From a virus (lineage: Duplodnaviria; Heunggongvirae; Uroviricota; Caudoviricetes): a stretch of DNA of 33,920 nucleotides. Below are positions 27,950-33,920 of the stretch, one piece after another. Numbering within the stretch: the stretch's first letter is position 1; each line of letters begins with the position of its first letter. The translations under genes were made by a program, and so were the position numbers. The stretch lies in the IMG/VR virus record IMGVR_UViG_3300042298_002704. One strand, given 5' to 3'. Under the pieces are notes generated by a model. That model saw nothing but the letters and a program-made list of their open reading frames with translations. It was not told the origin of the DNA and did not search any database.

Positions 27950-29059
27950 ATGTTCAAAACCATATACCCCACAGCCGATGCAGTCCTTTATTCGCAGTTT
28001 CCTGAAAAGAATACTGGCGGGGATCAGGTATTAGACCTTCTAAAAGCAGCAACAGGGGAACCAAGCATTCTTGGTGATGATTCTGTTTTTTACAGTACAA
28101 CCTATAATAGCAGAATTTTATTGAAGTTTGATTTAAATGAACTTCAACCTACACAATCAAATGCTGAATATTTCTTGACTTTAAGAAATACTGATGCTTT
28201 GAACCTTCCTACTGAATTTACCATTTACGCTTACCCAGTTTCAGGTTCTTGGACGGTAGGACGCGGTTTTGTAAATTCTAATCCGAGCATTGTTGATGGG
28301 GTTAGTTGGAAATACCGTCATGGAAAAAATGATGGTCGTTTATGGGAAACTTCAAGTTTAGGTTCAACCGTTACAGCAAGTTATGGAACCGTAGCGCATG
28401 GCGGAACTTGGTTTACCAGTTCGGTTGCAAGTCAAAGTTTTAATTATCAAATTCCTGATATTCGGATGAACGTCACTTCCATTGTTCGTCAATGGTTGTC
28501 AGGTTCAATTCCAAATAATGGATTTATAATCAAATATAGTGACAATGATGAATTTGATACTTCGCAAAGAACCTTGATACAATGGTTTTCTCAAAACAGT
28601 CATACCATTTACTTACCAAGGTTGGAAGCATATTGGTTGGATCAAGATTTAAGCGGAACTGGAAGTTTTAGTGAAATTGGAAGCGATGATTATGTTTTGA
28701 ATTGTTCTAATTTAAGAGAAAGTTATTCAATGAACGAAAAACCTAAAATGAAGGTTTCAGTCAGGGATAAATTTCCAACTCAAACCTATGCAACAAGTTC
28801 AGTATATTTAAACCAAAAACGATTACCCAATAATTCATATTTTCAGATTCAAGATGTTGTGACCGATGAAGTAATAATTCCATTTCACCCATCCGGAACC
28901 TTAATGAGTTGCGATTCAAATGGTAATTACTTTAAGGCTGATATGTCAAGTCTCATGCCCGAGCGGTATTATAAATTTGTTTTTAAAAGTCAACACGAAA
29001 ATGGTGACGTAATCAGAGTAATTGATGATAATTATATTTTTAAGATTAAACGAGTATAA
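27950..29059 (+). CDS. Putative virion structural protein (DNRLRE-like beta-sandwich)
   Basis: ADAVLYSQFPEKNTG, SRILLKFDL, MNVTSIVRQWLSGSIPNNGFIIK, PRLEAYW. Confidence 0.6.
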   Translation: MFKTIYPTADAVLYSQFPEKNTGGDQVLDLLKAATGEPSILGDDSVFYSTTYNSRILLKFDLNELQPTQSNAEYFLTLRNTDALNLPTEFTIYAYPVSGSWTVGRGFVNSNPSIVDGVSWKYRHGKNDGRLWETSSLGSTVTASYGTVAHGGTWFTSSVASQSFNYQIPDIRMNVTSIVRQWLSGSIPNNGFIIKYSDNDEFDTSQRTLIQWFSQNSHTIYLPRLEAYWLDQDLSGTGSFSEIGSDDYVLNCSNLRESYSMNEKPKMKVSVRDKFPTQTYATSSVYLNQKRLPNNSYFQIQDVVTDEVIIPFHPSGTLMSCDSNGNYFKADMSSLMPERYYKFVFKSQHENGDVIRVIDDNYIFKIKRV

Positions 29060-29061
29060 CA

Positions 29062-29301
29062 ATGAAAATAAAGAATATTATGAATGAATCTACGCAAAAA
29101 TATTTAAAAGATAAAATCGAAAACCAGATATTTGAATTTGAAAATAATTTAAACCGATTTAAGAAAGCGTATGAACAAAATTCAAATAAGTATGAAAATG
29201 ATCCGGAGTTTTATAAGTCGTTGATTAACGATTTCAGTATCATGAATGTTCAAATAAAGTCATCTTTAAAACATATAGAATGGTTTATAAATAACGAATA
29301 A
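29062..29301 (+). CDS. Leader-bearing helical hypothetical protein
   Basis: MKIKNIMNE. Confidence 0.65.
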   Translation: MKIKNIMNESTQKYLKDKIENQIFEFENNLNRFKKAYEQNSNKYENDPEFYKSLINDFSIMNVQIKSSLKHIEWFINNE

Positions 29302-29309
29302 TATAATAT

Positions 29310-30122
29310 ATGACAACCAAACTTGCAAATATTCAATACAGTGATTTAGCCAATAGTAACGCTACTTTGGTGAAATATGTTGTCCCCAAAGAAGGACAAA
29401 CTTTTGTGTACCAACCTCAATCGCAATTGGATGCAATGTCATACCCACTTTCAGAAAGAAACGGGGGCGGAGCCTATGTAGTTCCAATTCAGGAAGAAAA
29501 ACTTTATTTGAATTTTATCCCAAATAAAACCGTAATTTCAGATATCAGTTTAAACAACTATTTGGAAACTGTATTTACTTATTTCATTCCTGTCGAAATT
29601 ATTCCTCCTGACCCATTTTCACTTCCGGATGGAACTATTTTCAGATGCGTTTCCCAAGATTCAGTTCCAGAACCAAAAGAAAGTTATGTTTATTGGATAA
29701 TTGAAGAAGGTAAAAAGAAAGTTATTCCAAATTACAAAACGTTGGAAGTGATGTTGTTTGAAAGAAACCAAAACTTACTTTCAGTCAGGATTGTTCAAGA
29801 AAATCAATGTATGGAAATTGAAGAAAACGGAGCCGTTCCTGATAAAACTTCAAGTTGGAATGAAGATTATAAAGACCAAACCAACTTTGAATTATTGAAA
29901 GGATTAGAAAGTTCGGTTAAAAGTGGCGCGGCAATTGCAAATGACGCAAAAGCAGCCGCAGGTGAACAAATTGCAGCCGTTAAAGCAGAAGCGGAAGCAA
30001 ATAAAGCAGCCGCAGAAGCGGCAAAGGCCGAAGCGGAGGCAGCCAAAGCAGCAAGTGAACAAGCAATTGTAGAAGCGCAAGCGCAAATTGCAGCAATTCA
30101 AGCACAACAAAATAATTCATAA
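29310..30122 (+). CDS. Hypothetical protein with Ala/Glu/Lys-rich coiled-coil tail
   Basis: AKAEAEA-type repeats at 29940-30110. Confidence 0.7.
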   Translation: MTTKLANIQYSDLANSNATLVKYVVPKEGQTFVYQPQSQLDAMSYPLSERNGGGAYVVPIQEEKLYLNFIPNKTVISDISLNNYLETVFTYFIPVEIIPPDPFSLPDGTIFRCVSQDSVPEPKESYVYWIIEEGKKKVIPNYKTLEVMLFERNQNLLSVRIVQENQCMEIEENGAVPDKTSSWNEDYKDQTNFELLKGLESSVKSGAAIANDAKAAAGEQIAAVKAEAEANKAAAEAAKAEAEAAKAASEQAIVEAQAQIAAIQAQQNNS

Positions 30123-30127
30123 CAATA

Positions 30128-30214
30128 TGTTAATGAATTTTGAAAATAATTTTAAACCTTTTACCTTTGTGGAGTAAAAAACAATGAACAAAAAAAAACT
30201 AACAGAAATGATTA
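30128..30214 (+). repeat. Promoter+leader cassette, copy B
   Basis: Near-identical to 21493-21579; TTTG(30139)-N19-TACCTTTG(30162). Confidence 0.85.
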
Positions 30215-30480
30215 CTAAAATTTTGAACGAAGATATTTCGGTGGGAAAATTTTATTATGACAACAGAAAAGATAAAACATTTCGAATTATATCAGTCGAC
30301 GGGACTGATAGGAATGGAAATAGAAGGTTGGATAAAAAAACTGATATTGGAATTCAATATTATGATTTTAAAACAAAAAGACCTATTGGTAATATAGAAA
30401 CCGTGGACAAGAGTGAATTTGATTATATGGTCAGTAAAGGTCAATGGTCTGAATGGAAACAAGATTTTTTTAGCAAGTAA
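30184..30480 (+). CDS. Leader-bearing hypothetical protein (beta-rich cargo)
   Basis: MNKKKLTEMITKILNE. Confidence 0.7.
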   Translation: MNKKKLTEMITKILNEDISVGKFYYDNRKDKTFRIISVDGTDRNGNRRLDKKTDIGIQYYDFKTKRPIGNIETVDKSEFDYMVSKGQWSEWKQDFFSK

Positions 30481-30484
30481 GGCT

Positions 30485-30676
30485 ATGAACGAATCATATT
30501 CATCCGATACAGTCAAAATAACAGTGCATGATGACGTTGGTACTGATATTTGGTATATTACAAAGGGCGAAGATTCTACTCATTTTGAGATGGTAAACGA
30601 TCCTAAATACATTGGTAAATTCGGTGCAGGAAAACATATAAACCATTTTAGAAATGTCACACTGGTATTTAAATAA
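30485..30676 (+). CDS. Small hypothetical protein (possibly a frameshifted continuation of 30184)
   Basis: ATG 30485 MNESYSSDTV... Confidence 0.5.
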   Translation: MNESYSSDTVKITVHDDVGTDIWYITKGEDSTHFEMVNDPKYIGKFGAGKHINHFRNVTLVFK

Positions 30677-30682
30677 AAAAAT

Positions 30683-30898
30683 ATGACCGGACAATATTTT
30701 TCAGAAACATTTACACCAACCAAATTCAAAGGTTTTGAGTTTGAAATTGACCAAGATTTTGAACACATCAGAATGTTATCACCAAATGGAACGTTATTTG
30801 AACTTCCAATTGAGTTTGATGATAATAATGACAGGCAAAAAAACCCATTTGTAGAAATTGGGTTATATAAATTAGATTTAACTGAACTTTTATGGTAA
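30683..30898 (+). CDS. Hypothetical protein
   Basis: Packed ORF. Confidence 0.6.
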   Translation: MTGQYFSETFTPTKFKGFEFEIDQDFEHIRMLSPNGTLFELPIEFDDNNDRQKNPFVEIGLYKLDLTELLW

Positions 30899-30905
30899 AG
30901 GAATT

Positions 30906-31865
30906 ATGAAAATCAAACATCTATGGAACCTACTCAAAGAAGGTTCAACTCAGGAAGAACAATTTGGTAAAAATCTTATAGCCTCCGGGTGGACTATCAA
31001 GATTAATTATTACATTCCGTTGATTAAAATTAAAAATCCAGAAGGAAAAGAGACTGAAATTGACGGCAATGATGCGGATAAAATTTTATCTAAAATTAAG
31101 ATGGGTCAAGACGAAAAGACTTGGGTACTTGGATATTTACATAAAACAAATGCGTTGAACGAACATACGTTGACCGAGGGAGTTTATGATAAAGGAATTT
31201 TAAAGGCTATATTTTTAATTGGGGGGCCGGGAAGTGGTAAATCTTACGTTATCAACCAGTTATTCGGAATTTCATCCAAGACCACATTTTCAAGGCATGG
31301 TCTTAAATTAGTAAACCCCGATCCGGTATTTGAAAAATTATTACGACAAGCCTCAATTAATCCCTCTGATTTAGATTCAATTTCAAAGGAAGACCCGGAA
31401 AGATATTCAAAAGTTATTGATCCTATCCGAACAAGAGCAAAAGAAGTTGAAACTGAAATTGAAAAGAATTACATTTCGGGTAGAATTGGGATGGTTTTGG
31501 AAGGAACTGGTAAAAACGTGACTTCTATAAAAAATTTGAAAAACCGTCTTGAAGATATTGGTTACGATTGTATGATGATTTATGTCAACACTGACCTTGA
31601 AACAGCAAAAAAGCGGAATCAAATGCGAGATAGAACTATTCCGGAAGATTTACTTGTAAGTATGTGGAATAACTCGCAAAAAAACCTTGGCGATTTGCAA
31701 CGATTGTTTGGTCCGATGAATACTTTGATTATCGATAACTCAAATAATTCAAAAATTGGTTCAGATATATCAAAGGCAATAGAAAGATTTATGCAAAAGC
31801 CTGTAACGAATCCTGCCGGAAAAATGTGGATTAAACAAGAACTTATGAAAAAGAGTCGAAAATAG
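30906..31865 (+). CDS. Zeta-toxin-like / AAA_33 P-loop kinase with leader and extra N-terminal module
   Basis: KAIFLIGGPGSGKS, VNPD, VLEGTG, YVNTDLETAKKRNQMRDR; leader MKIKHLWNLLKE. Confidence 0.8.
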   Translation: MKIKHLWNLLKEGSTQEEQFGKNLIASGWTIKINYYIPLIKIKNPEGKETEIDGNDADKILSKIKMGQDEKTWVLGYLHKTNALNEHTLTEGVYDKGILKAIFLIGGPGSGKSYVINQLFGISSKTTFSRHGLKLVNPDPVFEKLLRQASINPSDLDSISKEDPERYSKVIDPIRTRAKEVETEIEKNYISGRIGMVLEGTGKNVTSIKNLKNRLEDIGYDCMMIYVNTDLETAKKRNQMRDRTIPEDLLVSMWNNSQKNLGDLQRLFGPMNTLIIDNSNNSKIGSDISKAIERFMQKPVTNPAGKMWIKQELMKKSRK

Positions 31866-31876
31866 GAGAATAAACC

Positions 31877-33920
31877 ATTTCACTTGAAAGATATATAAAT
31901 AGGGCATCAATTTTAGCCAATAATCGTTCTACAACTGGACAGTTGTGGACAAATGAAGATTTGGCCTTATTTGATGCTCAAATTTTAGTTCCTATTGACC
32001 CGAACATAACCACAGAGCAAATAAGTGAAGTTCACATTTATTCGTTCTACGGGGATTATATTGTCGGGAATCATAATGCTGGTTATACCTTTCATGACCA
32101 ATATACGAATTCACTTTTAATTGATATTGGTAAGGTTTTTAAAGAAGCCAATATTCAACGTGGTTCTTATGTTATTGCGTTGAACCTGTTTAAGGAACTT
32201 TGGGGCAAACAAACTGATCCGAAGTTAATTGTTAAGGAAATTAGTCCTGACAGAACAGAGGTTCATTTTCAAGTAGATAAAAAATTTATCGGTGAAACTG
32301 ACATTTTCAAGTCCAAAATTGATACTTTTATCAGTGACGGAACCTTGAACAATGTCGTTTTTAATTTTGGTTTTAACCGTATTCAAAAAATTGTCAATAT
32401 AAGATTTGAAGGCGAAGATATTTATGTCAAGTTTTACCTTCCTTTATTTGATGATGTATTTGGGAAGGAAAAATCTTGGGTTCAATTTGAATTAATTGAT
32501 CCTTATATTGATACAATTGTCTTGGCTCAACCTCAAAGTCAAGGCAATTTGACGTATATGCGCGGTCCGAACTTTGATTTGGATACCTCCATGTACGCTT
32601 CCAACGCAACTGATTTCAAAAACTGGAATCAGTTATTGGATACAACCTTAAATTCCCGCCAACGAATTATTGAGGATACGATTTCGGGTTCCGGCTTAGT
32701 AAAATTAAATATTGATTATACTGACTTTAATAATTTTATATTTTACAGTAGTGCTGAAACTCGCGTTAGAAATTTTGGTTATAAGGTTGGAAAAATAGAA
32801 GAATACAGCAGTTCCATTGCCATTCTTTTAAATTCAACTGCATCAAATACAGTTTTCATCAGTCAATCTATTGATATTAATCAAAAAAGAATTGACGAAG
32901 TTACTTCAAACTTTGATCCTTGGGAACGTTGGTTATATTTTAACTCAACTGCAAGTATATTTACTCATGACATAACGGGTTCAATTTCTCCCTATCCTAA
33001 ACGTATTGTTTCTGGAAGTTGGCAGAATTATACATTCAATTCAAGTATTTCTCAAACTTGGTATAACAATCTTGTTACAAGTGCAAGTGCTTATGACGAA
33101 GAGAACTTAAATCGGTTATGGTGGGCTATTCCTGAGCATATTATAATGGAAAACGGGAATAGTGATTTTATCAAGTTTGTTGACATGGTTGGGCATCATT
33201 TTGATGTTATTTATAGTTATGTAAATGCTCTGACCCAAATGCATGAACGTGATGAACATCCAGAACGTGGAACTCCAAATCAGTTATTATGGTCAATTGC
33301 TAAATCCTTTGGTTGGGAACTTCAAAATACCCGCCAATTAAGTGATTTATGGCAATATAAACTTGGTAAAACTCAAACAGGAACCTATCAAAGTTCAGGT
33401 TCCATGTTTTCAATTTCTACTGAAAACCAAACTCATCAGATTTGGCGTAGAATTGTAAATAATCTTCCCTATCTATATAAAACCAAAGGAACTCAAAGAT
33501 CGCTTAAATCTTTGATGTCCATTTATGGTATTCCCCAAACTTTAATTTCAATTAAGGAATATGGCGGACCGAGTCCCTTTGAAGGGAAACCTACTTTAAT
33601 TGAAGATAGGTTCATTTACAAAGCAAACTTTACTGGAAGTAACTGGGTCGAATTACCTCGAAGAACCATCCCACCAACAAGTGGAAGTTGGGGAGGAAGT
33701 GAACGAGTTCCGGATACGATTGTATTTAGGTTTAATACTGAATACAGTTCCAGCGTTTCTCAATCTTTATGGGCTATTGAACAAGGAAGTAACCGTTCTC
33801 GGGTTCTTTCTAATTTGGAATTAATTCATTCCAGAGCGCATCAAACATCCAGTTACAGTGGTAGTTGGGCTTATGGTTATTTACGTTTAACACAAGCCCA
33901 ATTAAGCGGCTCTACGTTCA
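31877..33920 (+). CDS. Large baseplate wedge/tail structural protein, runs off the right edge
   Basis: Own translation: (M)SLERYINRASIL...KEISPDRTE...FYSSAETRVRNF...IWRRIVNNLPYLYKTKGTQRSLKSLMSIYGIP (KGT motif of gpI/gp7-like wedge proteins). Start ATT 31877 or TTG 31943. Confidence 0.7.
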   Translation, partial: MSLERYINRASILANNRSTTGQLWTNEDLALFDAQILVPIDPNITTEQISEVHIYSFYGDYIVGNHNAGYTFHDQYTNSLLIDIGKVFKEANIQRGSYVIALNLFKELWGKQTDPKLIVKEISPDRTEVHFQVDKKFIGETDIFKSKIDTFISDGTLNNVVFNFGFNRIQKIVNIRFEGEDIYVKFYLPLFDDVFGKEKSWVQFELIDPYIDTIVLAQPQSQGNLTYMRGPNFDLDTSMYASNATDFKNWNQLLDTTLNSRQRIIEDTISGSGLVKLNIDYTDFNNFIFYSSAETRVRNFGYKVGKIEEYSSSIAILLNSTASNTVFISQSIDINQKRIDEVTSNFDPWERWLYFNSTASIFTHDITGSISPYPKRIVSGSWQNYTFNSSISQTWYNNLVTSASAYDEENLNRLWWAIPEHIIMENGNSDFIKFVDMVGHHFDVIYSYVNALTQMHERDEHPERGTPNQLLWSIAKSFGWELQNTRQLSDLWQYKLGKTQTGTYQSSGSMFSISTENQTHQIWRRIVNNLPYLYKTKGTQRSLKSLMSIYGIPQTLISIKEYGGPSPFEGKPTLIEDRFIYKANFTGSNWVELPRRTIPPTSGSWGGSERVPDTIVFRFNTEYSSSVSQSLWAIEQGSNRSRVLSNLELIHSRAHQTSSYSGSWAYGYLRLTQAQLSGSTF

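Noticed and set aside
29940-30110. GCA-rich repetitive DNA
   Set aside because: Explained by an Ala-rich coiled coil
32427-33824. Short ORFs 32427..32609 (-) and 33600..33824 (+)
   Set aside because: They lie within the long open frame starting at 31877
1-33920. Alternative genetic code, tRNAs, rRNA, DGR/retron
   Set aside because: TAG and TGA both end well-packed genes and coding density is high in code 11; no cloverleaf or reverse transcriptase recognised

Overview
AT-rich fragment of a large contractile-tailed (myovirus-like) phage genome in the standard genetic code. The host is most likely Bacteroidota, because TTTG-N19/20-TAnnTTTG promoters recur. A tail/baseplate module (hub, LysM/gpX-like, tube-initiator-like, tape measure on the minus strand; spike/gp5-like, gp25-like, gp6-like, large wedge protein on the plus strand) is mixed with a sigma-like factor, an HD hydrolase and two GIY-YIG homing endonucleases. 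Three observations stand out. (1) About 16 otherwise unrelated ORFs, mostly small, share a basic-hydrophobic N-terminal leader ending in [ILM]-x-E. It resembles the T4 capsid-targeting/prohead-protease-cleaved leader and is fused to ART, GNAT, J-domain and P-loop kinase cargos. Several of these ORFs carry a near-identical promoter+leader DNA cassette. (2) A 718-bp transposase-less element (27-bp perfect TIRs, 8-bp TSD) carries an ADP-ribosyltransferase gene and sits inside a paralogous ART gene, whose frame is restored when the element is removed. (3) Duplicated gene-end scars flank inserted genes, and poly-A frameshifts fall inside the leaders. All functional calls come from motif recognition by eye; no searches were run.
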